Made by a program: the position numbers and the translations under genes. This document shows, in pieces, positions 45,132-55,080 of a DNA stretch of 64,000 bases (position 1 is the stretch's first letter; the number at the start of each line of letters is the position of its first letter). The notes beneath the pieces are model-generated. The model was given only the letters and a program-made list of their open reading frames with translations, was not told the origin of the DNA and made no database searches. Where the stretch lies: assembly GCA_047602405.1 (NCBI GenBank), contig JASGHJ010000001.1, positions 2,080,001 to 2,144,000 of the forward strand, given 5' to 3'. The DNA is from Anaeromyxobacteraceae bacterium (GTDB taxonomy: Bacteria; Myxococcota; Myxococcia; Myxococcales; Anaeromyxobacteraceae).

Positions 45132-47424
45132 TCACCGTCCGGTGGCGGCGACGTAGATGTCCTCGCCCCAGACGTCGCCGGGGGCGACGTTCGCGCCCGT
45201 GCGGAAGGCCACGTACCGACCGTCCCCGCTCACGACGGCCATCCAGCCGCCCGCGGGCTCGAATCGGGGTCCCGGTGCCCTTGAGCGACACCCGCCGCGT
45301 GGCGGGCGTGCAGCCGGAGGCCACGCCGGCGCAGGTGTCCCGGACGTACGCGTGGCCGGCCGTCGCGGCGACCCCGCTCACGAGGTTGGTCGCGTTCGAG
45401 CGGAAGGCGACAATCCGGCCGTCCGCGCTGAGCGAGGCGAACTGGCTGCTGCCCGCCGGGACCGCGCCGTCGCTCCCCACCGAGACGAGCGTCGTGGACG
45501 GGGTGCAGCCGGAGGCCCCGAGGCAGGTGTCCCGCAGGAACACGTCCTGCGCGCCGTTGGCGTCGCCGGGGACGAGGTTCGTCGCGGTCGAGGTGAACAC
45601 GACGAACCGCCCATCCGCGCTCACGCCCGGCAGGTGCTCTCCGCCGCCGTTCCCGTTGAAGCCGCTCCAGCCGTCGGGCTGGGCGCCGTCGGCGGCGAGC
45701 GAGACGCGCAGCGTGGTCGGCGCGCAGCCGGCGTCCGCCCCGAGGCACGTGTCGCGGAGGTAGACGTCGCTGCCGCCGTTGGTGTCGCCCGGGACGAGGT
45801 TGGTGGCGTTCGAGGTGAACACCACGAACCGCCCGGTCGCGCTGATGGAGAGCGGGTAGGCCGAGCCGCCGTTGCCCTGCGCGCCGGCCGCGGTCAGCGA
45901 GACGAGCTGGGTCGAGGGCGTGCAGCCCGCGCCGGCGCCGATGCAGGTGTCGTGGAGGAACACGTCCACCTCGCCGTTCGCGTCGCCCGCCACGACGTTC
46001 GTGGCGGCGCAGGAGAACGCGACGCGGCGGGCGTCGGGGGTGATCGCCGGGGCCGAGCAGGTGCTGTCCGCGGATCCTCCGCCGACGCCCCGGGTGACGA
46101 GCCGGGTGGCCGGCGTGCAGCCGGGGCCCGCGCCGACGCAGGTGTCGCGCAGGAAGACGTTGGTGACGCTCGTGCCGGGGATCGTGTCGGCGGTCAGATC
46201 CTGCGCGTAGGAGGAGAAGACCACGTGGCGGCCGTCGGCGCTGATGCCCCCGAGCAAGCACTCCTGGCCGGACGAGCTCCCCGAGAGGTTGGCGGACACG
46301 AGCAGCGTGTCCGGGGTGCAGCCCACGGGCGCCCCGAGGCAGGTGTCCCGCAGGTAGACGTCGTACTGGGTGTTCGTGTCGGCGGCGACGAGGTTGCTCG
46401 AGGTCGACGAGAACGCGACGAAGCGGCCGCTCGCGCTGATCGCGGCGTCGGGGCTGTCGCCGTTCCCGGAGGTCCCGTCGGGCTTCACCGAGGCCCGGGC
46501 GACGACGCCCACGCCCGGCGCGGCGCCCGTGACCGCGAGGGCCCGCGGGCTCGAGGTGCCGCCGCCCGGCGCGCCGTTCATGACCGTCACCTGCACGCTC
46601 GCCTCGGCGGCGACGGCGTCGGCCGGGATGGCCGCCGTGAGGCGTGTCGCGCTCACGTACGTGGTGGCGCGATCGGCCGCGTTCCACCGTACGACGGAGG
46701 AGGGGACGAAGCCCGAGCCGTCCACGGTGAGCGTGAAGGCCCCGCTGCCCGCGGCCACGCTCGTGGGGCTCGTGGCGGTCACGGTCGGCGCCGGGTTCTC
46801 GACGGTGAAGACCTTCGCGGTCGAAACGGCGCCGCCGGGGTCGGGGTTCGCGACCGTCACCTGGGCGGTCCCGGCGGCGGCGAGGTCGCCCGCGGCCAGG
46901 GTCGCGGTGAGCTCCGCCGCGCCGACGAAGGCCGTGCTCCGGGTGGCGCCGTTCCAGCGCACGGCGGCGCCCGGGACGAACCCGGCGCCCGTCACCGTCA
47001 CCGTGAGCGCGCCCGCGCCGAGCACCGCGCTCGCGGGGGCGCAGGCGGTCAGGGTGGGGATGGGGTTCTGGAGCGCCAGGGAGGCGGGGCCCGAGCTCAC
47101 GCCACCCGCGCTCGCCGTGACGAGCACGGAGGTCGGGTCCTGGAGCGTGACCGCGCCCACGGCCGGCGGCGCGTAGAGGCCGCTCGCGTCGATCGTCCCC
47201 AGGGCGGCGCTGCCGAGCGGCGTCCCGTTCACCGCCCAGGCGAAGGGGCCCGCGCCGCCGTCGCTGCGCGTGGCGGTGAACTGGACCGGGGCGCCGCCGA
47301 GCCGCGCGCTGCTCGCCGCGCCGGTCACGGTGATCGTGACCTCCGCCGGCGGCGGGGTGGAGCCTCCGGAGCTGCAGCCGAAGAGCGCGCAGGATGCGCA
47401 CAGCGCCAACCCGGTGTTCCTCAT
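45132..47424 (-). CDS. Surface lipoprotein: Ig/IPT domains plus a Cys-bridged TolB-like beta-propeller (apparent +1 frameshift at 45261-45265)
   Basis: Lipobox LFGC, two IPT/TIG-like units (TV.G.GFVP...VRWN), six (R/H)DTCxGxxxGCxP repeats with S.DGR.V.F. Length 2293 = 3n+1. Confidence 0.8.
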
Positions 47425-47742
47425 GGTGCCCTCCCGTCTGGACGTCACCGAGCGTAACGAGCGGCACCCCGCAGGGGGAGCGGGCCTTCGGGCAGCGCCG
47501 AAGCGCCGCACGGTGAGGCCGTGTGTCGCTGCTCTTGCGCGGCGCGACGTCGCCCCCGCCTCCCTCCTCCCGGGGATGGGCCCGGCCCATGAGGCACCTG
47601 CGACAACCCGTTGCGGGTGTCCCGGTGCGTGCGCACCGTCGAACCCGCCAGCCGACGTCTGAGGAAGGTCCCTCCAGCCAACCCCGGGACGAGCGCTCGA
47701 CCGCGATGCCGGGGAGGGCGGCAGGAGCCCGGGTCGGAGCCG

Positions 47743-50700
47743 ATGATGACCCGCTCGTTCACCAAGGTCTCACCCCTCGCCGCCGCGCTCGCGATCTCGA
47801 GCTGCAGCGCCGACCCCACCCGTGTGTTCGTGGAACGCACCGCCGAGGCCTCCTCGCCCGGCCTCCTCGCCGGCTACGGCTTCGCGGAGGGCGCCGGCGC
47901 CACGACCGCGGACGCCTCCGGAAACGGCCTCACCGGCACGTTCGTCGGCGGGGCCACCTGGACCACGGGTCGCACCGGGTCGGGCGTCTCCCTCGACGGC
48001 TCGAGCGGCTACGTGAACCTCGGCAGCCCCGCCGCGCTCTCGCTCACGGGCAGCCTGACCGTGTCGGCCTGGGTGTACGAGAGCGCCAACGTGGCGGACG
48101 ACGGGATCATCGTCGCGCGGTCGAGCGGCATCGGCGGGTGGGAGCTGAAGTCGAGCCCCGACACCGGCACCCGCACCTACGCGCTCGGCCTCTACACGAC
48201 GACCGGCGCCTACCTCGCCCGTCACGCGAACTTCACCCGCGCGCTCGACACCTGGTACCACGTGGCCGGCGTCTACGACGCCGCCGCCCGGACCCTGCAC
48301 GTCTACGTGAACGGCGTCCTCGCGGACGGCCCGCTGCGGGGCGTCGCGGTGCCCTCCTCGATCGGCGCCACCTCGGTGAACGTGAACATCGGCCGGCGCG
48401 CGGCGGGCTTCTACCTCCGGGGCACCATCGACGACGTGCGGATCTACGGCCGGGCGCTCACCCAGGCCGAGATCCAGGCGGACCTGGCCTCGCCCGTGAG
48501 CGCGGGCGGGACCTCCGGGGACGTCACGCCGCCGACCGTGGCGATCACCGCGCCCGCGGCGGGCGCCTCGGTCTCCGGGAGCGTGGCGGTCACCGCGAAC
48601 GCGGCCGACGCGGGGGGCGTCGCCGGCGTGACCTTCCTCCTCGACGGCGCGCCGCTCGGCGCCGAGGACGTGACCGCGCCCTACGCCGTGACCTGGAACA
48701 CCGCCACCGCGGCCCCCGGCACGCACGTGCTGACGGCGCGCGCGCGCGACGCGGCAGGCAACACCGCCGTCTCGCCGGGCGTGTCCGTCACGGTCGCGAG
48801 CGGCACCCCCGCGGGCACGGTGCTCGTGAACGGGGGCGCCCCCGCGACGGCGACGAGGGCGGTCACGCTCGGCCTCACGTCGAGCGGTCCGGTCACGCAG
48901 ATGCGATTCTCCAACGACGGCAGGTCGTGGTCGACCGCCGAGCCCTTCGCCGCCACGAAGGCCTGGACGCTCACCACGAACGACGGCACGAAGACCGTCC
49001 GCGCCCAGTTCGGGTCCGCCGGCGGCACCTGGTCGGCGACCGCCTCGGACTCGATCGTGCTCGACACGACGGCGCCCACCATCTCCTCGGTGGCGGCGAC
49101 GAACGTGCTCGGCACGTCCGCGACCATCGGCTGGACGACGAGCGAGGCCGCGACCTCGCAGGTGGAGTACGGGCCGACCACGTCCTACGGGGCGGTGACC
49201 CCGCTCGACCCGGCGCTCGTCACGACGCACCAGGTGGCGCTCGCGGGCCTCTCGCCGTCCACGCCGTACTTCTACCGCGTCGTCTCGGCCGACTGGGCCG
49301 GCAACACCCGGACCAGCGCCGGCTCCTCGTTCACGACGGCCGCGGTCGCCGACCAGACCCCGCCGAGCGTCCCCACGGGCCTCACCGCGACCGCCGTCGA
49401 TGCGCAGCGGATCGATCTCGCCTGGGCCGCGTCGACCGACGACCGCGGCGTGGCGGGCTACGACGTGGAGCGCGACGGCGCGACCGTCACCTCCGTGCCC
49501 ACCCCCCGGTTCTCGGACACCGGCCTCCAGCCCGGCTCCACCCACGTCTACGCGGTGAGGGCCTTCGACGCGGCGGGCAACGCCTCCGCGTGGTCGTCCG
49601 GCGCGACCGCCACGACGCCCGCCGGCCCGGGCGTCGCCACGCCGACGCTCGTCCAGCACGTCTCCTCGACGGTGAACCCCCGGGGCAACGGCGAGACCGG
49701 CAACCACTTCGCGTTCACCCTCCCGAACCCCGTGCTGGCCGGCAACTGCCTCATCCTCGGCATCGCGCGGGAGAGCGGCGCCGCGTTCGCCGCCACGCCG
49801 GTGACCGACACGAACGGCACCTGGCCCACCGCGCCGGCCGCGTCGATCACCGACGCGAACCACAACGTGGACCTCGCGATCTTCGTCCTGCCGGACGCGC
49901 GGCCGGGCGCCCACGTGATCACCGTGCACTTCACCGCGCCGATCATCCCGTTCCAGTACACGGTGAGCGAGTTCCGGAACATCGCGACCACCTCCCCGGT
50001 GAGCGGGTTCGCCGGGGCGAGCAACGACGCCGCGCCCGCCATCGGCTCGGGCACGTTCACGCCGGCCAGCAACGACGCGGCGGGCGGCAACCTCGTCTGG
50101 AGCATGTTCTTCGACGACGCCAACCCGGGGTCCGGCAACGAGGTGACGGCCTTCACGGCGGGGCCGGGCTTCACCCTCCTGAACGCCAACATCATGTGGC
50201 ACCGGGTGGCCTCGGTGCACTCGGCCACCCAGTACACCGTGCAGCGCACCGCGGCCCCCATCTCCCCTTCGATGACGGCGCCGATGAGCCCGTCGAACGA
50301 CCCGTTCATCGGGCTCTCGATCGCCCTGCGCGCGGCGCCCGCCGGCACCGCGCCCGCCCCCGGGATCCGGGTCGCGAAGGTCATGCACCTCACGAACGAG
50401 ATCCCGCCCACGACGATGACGCTCCAGGCGCCCACGACCGGGAACACGGTGGTGCTCGTCACGCACGAGACCCCCATCATCGACATCACCTCGGTCACCG
50501 ACAGCGCGGGCAACGTGTACCGCAAGGTCCAGCCGGAGTCGGACGAGCCGCAGTACTGGATCGCGGGGAACGCGATCACCGGGCCGGACCTCGTCCTCAC
50601 GCTCCGGATCTCCGGGCAGGCCCAGGGGACCTCGATCCTCGTGTACGACGTCGAGGGGGCGGACCCCTCGCCCATCGGCGCCTCGTCGGGCGCCCCTTCG

Positions 50701-51027
50701 CGGCTGCTCGACCACGTGACCCGGACCGACGACTTCCCCGTCCTCACGCCGGGGCAGGCGCAGGGGATCACGTTCGCGGCCTGCACGCTCGGGCAGGGCC
50801 CCGAGCTCTCCCTCGCGTCCGGCTCGCCCGCGGGCGCGGTGGACGACTACGTGCACTACGCCGGGCAGACCGACACGTCGTTCATGGACAACGCCGATTG
50901 CCGCGCGCACGTCACGACCACCTCGACCGCGACGCAGCACTGGAACTGGAACATCACCGACCGGCCCGCGAACTCGGGCTCGGCGACGGCGGTGCACCTC
51001 ACGGGGCCGGTGGGGGCGGCGCCGTAG
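47743..51027 (+). CDS. Large extracellular lipoprotein: LamG, Ig-like (Big) and fibronectin III domains plus an unknown C-terminal region
   Basis: Lipobox ISSC; LamG (W.HVAGVYD...YVNG...G.IDDVRIY.RAL...EI); Big (D.TAPY...WNT...LTARARDAAGN); FN3 (W.ASTD..GV.GY...Y.VRAFDAAGN.S). Confidence 0.85.
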   Translation: MMTRSFTKVSPLAAALAISSCSADPTRVFVERTAEASSPGLLAGYGFAEGAGATTADASGNGLTGTFVGGATWTTGRTGSGVSLDGSSGYVNLGSPAALSLTGSLTVSAWVYESANVADDGIIVARSSGIGGWELKSSPDTGTRTYALGLYTTTGAYLARHANFTRALDTWYHVAGVYDAAARTLHVYVNGVLADGPLRGVAVPSSIGATSVNVNIGRRAAGFYLRGTIDDVRIYGRALTQAEIQADLASPVSAGGTSGDVTPPTVAITAPAAGASVSGSVAVTANAADAGGVAGVTFLLDGAPLGAEDVTAPYAVTWNTATAAPGTHVLTARARDAAGNTAVSPGVSVTVASGTPAGTVLVNGGAPATATRAVTLGLTSSGPVTQMRFSNDGRSWSTAEPFAATKAWTLTTNDGTKTVRAQFGSAGGTWSATASDSIVLDTTAPTISSVAATNVLGTSATIGWTTSEAATSQVEYGPTTSYGAVTPLDPALVTTHQVALAGLSPSTPYFYRVVSADWAGNTRTSAGSSFTTAAVADQTPPSVPTGLTATAVDAQRIDLAWAASTDDRGVAGYDVERDGATVTSVPTPRFSDTGLQPGSTHVYAVRAFDAAGNASAWSSGATATTPAGPGVATPTLVQHVSSTVNPRGNGETGNHFAFTLPNPVLAGNCLILGIARESGAAFAATPVTDTNGTWPTAPAASITDANHNVDLAIFVLPDARPGAHVITVHFTAPIIPFQYTVSEFRNIATTSPVSGFAGASNDAAPAIGSGTFTPASNDAAGGNLVWSMFFDDANPGSGNEVTAFTAGPGFTLLNANIMWHRVASVHSATQYTVQRTAAPISPSMTAPMSPSNDPFIGLSIALRAAPAGTAPAPGIRVAKVMHLTNEIPPTTMTLQAPTTGNTVVLVTHETPIIDITSVTDSAGNVYRKVQPESDEPQYWIAGNAITGPDLVLTLRISGQAQGTSILVYDVEGADPSPIGASSGAPSRLLDHVTRTDDFPVLTPGQAQGITFAACTLGQGPELSLASGSPAGAVDDYVHYAGQTDTSFMDNADCRAHVTTTSTATQHWNWNITDRPANSGSATAVHLTGPVGAAP

Positions 51028-51041
51028 GGGCCGCTGGCCGC

Positions 51042-51797
51042 TCACAGCCCGCTGACGAGCCGCGCGAGCGGCACCCGCTCGCCGAGGCCGTACCGGAGCT
51101 CCTGCCCGGCCTCGACGGGCGCCTGGGTCGAGAAGAGCCGATCCCACCAGGGGAAGAGCGCGCCGAGGTTCTTGCCCTGGTGCGCTGGCTCCACCGAGTG
51201 GTGGATCGCGTGGTAACGGGGCGTGACGATCGCGCCCTCGAGCCACGCGGGGTGCGGGCCCAGGTTGAGGTGCATCCAGTCGTTCTTCAGCCCGGCGAAC
51301 CCGAGCAGGAGGAGCCCGAGCCACCACGGCGCGCCGCCGAGCAGCGGGAAGAGCCCGAGGTACGGCAGGCCCACGAGGAGGCGATCCGGCAAGGACTGCC
51401 GGTTGCCCGCGAGCCAGCTCATGTGCTCCGGCGCGTGGTGCCACCGGTGGAACCGCCACAGCGGCGCCGTGTGCATGAGCCGGTGGACGCCGTAGTGCCC
51501 GAGGTCGGCGAGCACGAGGTAGAGCGCGATCCGGAGCGGGAGCGGCAGGGCGAGGACCGCCGCCGGCACGAGGAGCGGCGGCACGACCCGGTAGGTGATC
51601 CAGTCGGACAGCGGGATGGTGACGAGGAAGAGGAAGAGGGAGGTCGCGAGGTCGGCCCGCCAGACCGCGCGGAGCGGCAGGTCGCGCGCCGGCCAGCGGC
51701 GCTCGACGGCGTACCAGCCCGCGAGGCGCACGAGGAGGAGCGCGCCGAGCGGGACGTACGGCCACTGCTGGAAGAGGGCGGCGAGCTCGTGGCGCAC
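51042..51797 (-). CDS. Sterol desaturase / fatty acid hydroxylase family
   Basis: His boxes Y.VHRLMH, FHRWHH, HAIHH and N.G.LF..WDRLF. Confidence 0.88.
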   Translation of the reverse strand: MRHELAALFQQWPYVPLGALLLVRLAGWYAVERRWPARDLPLRAVWRADLATSLFLFLVTIPLSDWITYRVVPPLLVPAAVLALPLPLRIALYLVLADLGHYGVHRLMHTAPLWRFHRWHHAPEHMSWLAGNRQSLPDRLLVGLPYLGLFPLLGGAPWWLGLLLLGFAGLKNDWMHLNLGPHPAWLEGAIVTPRYHAIHHSVEPAHQGKNLGALFPWWDRLFSTQAPVEAGQELRYGLGERVPLARLVSGL

Positions 51798-51813
51798 GGG
51801 GTGGCCCGCGTCG

Positions 51814-52875
51814 TCAGGGCGCGGCGCGCGCCGCGCGCGCGGCCTTCAGCGTGGCGATCACGGCCGCGACGACCGCCTTGCGCTGGTCGAGCAGCTGGGC
51901 CTTCTCGGTGAGCTCGGGCTGGCTGCCGGCGCCGGCGCGGGCCTTCGCGTCGATCTCGTCCTTCACCACCCGGCTGCGGCGGTCGAGCTCGAGCATCCCC
52001 TTCTCCGCGGCCACCACCGCGTCCTCGAGCGCGAGCGGCGTCGCCCCGGCGGCCCAGGGCTGCAGCCCGCGGGTCTTCCACTCCAGCAGCGCCTCGGTGA
52101 GGAGCTTCTCCATCTTCAGCTCGAACGGCGCGCCGTCGCCGAGCACGTCGGCGGCGACCTGGCCGCGCAGGACGGCCTGGACGTCCGGGCGCCACGACGC
52201 GAACGCGAGCGAGGTGAGCCTGCCTTCCGGGCTGCGCGCGAAGCGCTCCACCACGAAGAACCCGTCGCTGCGGCCCACGATGCCGAGCGTCTCCGGGCGG
52301 CGGACGGTCTCCGCGCCGTCGGGCGACCGGCGCGCCACCGCCATGACCATCACCGGCCGGGGCAGGTTCGTGCGATCGCTCCGCGGGTCGGAGGCGTAGA
52401 CCTCGATCGTCCCGAGCGACTCGCCCGCACGGCTCGTCACGGCCTCCGGCACGAGGTCGCCGATCGCCCAGAACGTGGCCTCGCCCATGCGGGCCTGGAC
52501 CGGCGCGTGGAACGGCGAGGTCGCGCGCGCCTCGGCGAGCGCCGCCCAGAGCCGGTCGTCCACGTGGACGAGGTTGTCCCTCCAGTTGGAGGAGGGGCCG
52601 GAGAAGGTCAGCACCGAGCCGGAGGCCGCCGCCCTCGACACGACGAGCCAGTGTACCGGGTCGCCGGGCCGGAACACGCCGAACCCCGAGGGGTCCGCGT
52701 CCCGGACGAGCGGCTGCAGCCACGTCAGCCGCGCGAGCTCGCCGTCCACGAGCACGCCGCTCGCGTTCTCGGGGCGCCGCCGCGCGGCCTCGTCCGAGGG
52801 GATCCGGGTCTCGAGGGCGGCGGTGCAGCCGGTCGAGAGGACGGCGGCGAGGACGGCGGACAGGTGCGAGCGCAT
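51814..52875 (-). CDS. Hypothetical lipoprotein with a C-terminal helical bundle
   Basis: Lipobox STGC; high-GC3 frame. Confidence 0.65.
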   Translation of the reverse strand: MRSHLSAVLAAVLSTGCTAALETRIPSDEAARRRPENASGVLVDGELARLTWLQPLVRDADPSGFGVFRPGDPVHWLVVSRAAASGSVLTFSGPSSNWRDNLVHVDDRLWAALAEARATSPFHAPVQARMGEATFWAIGDLVPEAVTSRAGESLGTIEVYASDPRSDRTNLPRPVMVMAVARRSPDGAETVRRPETLGIVGRSDGFFVVERFARSPEGRLTSLAFASWRPDVQAVLRGQVAADVLGDGAPFELKMEKLLTEALLEWKTRGLQPWAAGATPLALEDAVVAAEKGMLELDRRSRVVKDEIDAKARAGAGSQPELTEKAQLLDQRKAVVAAVIATLKAARAARAAP

Positions 52876-52892
52876 GGTGACCTCGGGGAGCG

Positions 52893-54236
52893 TCAGTCGT
52901 CGGGGTGCGGGACGGGGGAGCCGAGCGCGCCGGGGCTCGGCGGCGGAGGCGGGGGTGGGATGAGGTCCCGGGCGTCGATGCCGGTCGCGGCGGACACGGC
53001 CGCGCGCGCGGCCTTCACGTCCGCGACGAGGCCCGCGTACTCGGCCTTGAGCGTGGCGAGGCGCGCCGGGGCCGTGGCGATCCGGGCCCGCTCCGCGTCG
53101 ATGCCGCGCCAGGCCTGCAGCTCGGTGCGGATGGACTGGGCCGACGTGAGGATCGACTGCCCGGCCTCGGCGTAGCGCCCGCCCAGCTTCATCGCGAGGA
53201 ACTTCACGTCCTCGCCGAGCTCACGGCGGCCGAGCAGCCAGCGCGCGTCGCCGGCCCGCTCCTCGAACGTGTCGCTGGCGTCGATGATCGCCCGCGCCCC
53301 GGCGTCGGTGTCGCGCAGCATGCCCGTCATCCGGTTCCAGGCCCGCGAGTTCGACTGCACCTCGCCCAGGCGCGCCAGCGCCTTCGCGTCCAGGGAGAGG
53401 AGCCCGTCGAAGGCCATGGCGAGCCCGCGGTCCCGGGCGTCCTTCACCGCCGCGTCGACCTCGGCGCCCCAGGCGTCGAGCTCGCGCGCGGCGCCCTTCA
53501 TCTCGCGCTTCAGCGCCACGGTCTCGCCGCGCAGCCCGGCCAGGCGCCCCTCGAGCTCGGCCAGCCGGTCGGCGAGGACCGCGACGTCCCCGTTCTCGGC
53601 GGCGAGGCGGGCCAGCCGCTCCGAGGCGAGCGCCACCCGGTCGGGCCCGGCGGGCGCGCTGCCGGGGCGCACCGGCGCCGCGAAGGGCTCGATCACGCCG
53701 CGCTTGCCGGTGAGGTCCACGGCAGGCGGCGGGGTGTGTGCGTTCCCCACCCACGGATCGGTGAGCGCCGCCGACAGGTCCTCCATGCTGCGCAGGCCCT
53801 CGGCGTCGCGTGCGGCGCGCTGCTGCTGCACCGCGGCGGTGCGCTGGGCGAGGAGCTGGGCCTCGAGGCGGGCCTGCTGCTCCGCCGCGATCCGGGCCTG
53901 CTCGTCGGAGGTGCCGGAGTCGAACACGCTCGAGATGAGCCCCTGGAGGAGCATCCCGGTGACCTGCACCTTCACGAGCTGCGCCGTCGTGAGCTGCGGC
54001 TTCACGACCTTCTTCACGACCTGCGCGGTCTGGGCGGCCTGGCGAGCGTCCTCGTCCACCCGGGTGGGCGCGGGGGGCTCGGGGATGGACGGGTTGCAGT
54101 TCGCGCCGGGGGAGTTGCGGCAGATGTCCTCGAGCTGGCCGAGCGCGCTCTGCGCGCGCGCCGGGCCGGCGACCGCGAGGCCGAGGAGGGTGAGGGCGAG
54201 GCGGAACCGGGGGGGAACGGTGCCCACGCTCGCCAT
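52893..54236 (-). CDS. Hypothetical exported coiled-coil protein
   Basis: Signal peptide ending ARA-Q, coiled-coil segments, Pro-rich C-terminus. Confidence 0.65.
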   Translation of the reverse strand: MASVGTVPPRFRLALTLLGLAVAGPARAQSALGQLEDICRNSPGANCNPSIPEPPAPTRVDEDARQAAQTAQVVKKVVKPQLTTAQLVKVQVTGMLLQGLISSVFDSGTSDEQARIAAEQQARLEAQLLAQRTAAVQQQRAARDAEGLRSMEDLSAALTDPWVGNAHTPPPAVDLTGKRGVIEPFAAPVRPGSAPAGPDRVALASERLARLAAENGDVAVLADRLAELEGRLAGLRGETVALKREMKGAARELDAWGAEVDAAVKDARDRGLAMAFDGLLSLDAKALARLGEVQSNSRAWNRMTGMLRDTDAGARAIIDASDTFEERAGDARWLLGRRELGEDVKFLAMKLGGRYAEAGQSILTSAQSIRTELQAWRGIDAERARIATAPARLATLKAEYAGLVADVKAARAAVSAATGIDARDLIPPPPPPPSPGALGSPVPHPDD

Positions 54237-54387
54237 CCTAGACCTTCCGCGACGGGGGTCCCTCCCGCGTTCCGGATACTCCTACATGCGGCATGAGGTC
54301 GCGGGCGCGACATCCGCGAGCGCGGGACTTGCCTCCGCGACCGCGCGGGCGCGCAATGCGGGTCGGGACGCTCCTCCGGAGTTCACC

Positions 54388-55053
54388 ATGCGTACATACT
54401 TCCCCCTCTGCGCAGCCCTCTGCCTCGCCCCCGTCCTCGCCGCCGGCCAGGCGTTCCCGCCGCCGGAGGAGGCGGCGCGCCTCGGCGAGCCGCGCGAGGC
54501 GTTCCCGGTGCAGCCCCTGCTCCTGGCCGGGCTCGGCTACACGGCGCCGCTCGGGTTCGGCGGCAAGGGTGAGAACATCGCGGGCGCGTTCGACGCGGGC
54601 AAGGCGATGCACGCGGCGGTCGGGCTCCGGTTCGGGGGCTTCGGCGTGGCAGGGCTCCTGCGCCAGGCCACGCCCGGCGTGGCGAAGAGCGCCTGCCCCG
54701 GGGGCGACTGCTCGGCGAAGGCCACGCAGAAGGGGCTCATGCTGCTCGCGGCGCCCGCCGCCGACTCGGGTTCCGCGTTCATGATCGGCCTCGGCTACTG
54801 GCGCGACCACGCGAAGTTCCTGGGCCCGGGCGGCGGCACCCTGCGGGAGCTGGAGGGCTGGGGGCTGTTCGAGTACGCGGCGCTCGACTTCAAGCTGGGC
54901 GGGTACGGCAGCCACTTCGCGCTGGGCGGGCACTTCATCTTCGGGATCGACAACTTCACGTCGTCGACCACCGCCGCGGGCAAGACCAGCATCGGCGTGG
55001 ACGCGAACCAGCCCTTCTGGTTCGAGCTCGGGATCCACGGACGGATCCTGTAG
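54388..55053 (+). CDS. Hypothetical outer-membrane beta-barrel-like protein
   Basis: RBS GGAG, signal peptide MRTYFPLCAALCLAPVLAAG, amphipathic strands, C-terminal FELGIHGRIL. Confidence 0.6.
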   Translation: MRTYFPLCAALCLAPVLAAGQAFPPPEEAARLGEPREAFPVQPLLLAGLGYTAPLGFGGKGENIAGAFDAGKAMHAAVGLRFGGFGVAGLLRQATPGVAKSACPGGDCSAKATQKGLMLLAAPAADSGSAFMIGLGYWRDHAKFLGPGGGTLRELEGWGLFEYAALDFKLGGYGSHFALGGHFIFGIDNFTSSTTAAGKTSIGVDANQPFWFELGIHGRIL

Positions 55054-55080
55054 CGGGGCTCTCGGCTCGGGGCGCGGCCC

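Noticed and set aside
47630..47700. c-di-AMP (ydaO) riboswitch suggested by CGAACCCGCCAGC
   Set aside because: The 5' GCTGAATCC and GGGGAACC/GGGTGAAT elements were not found.
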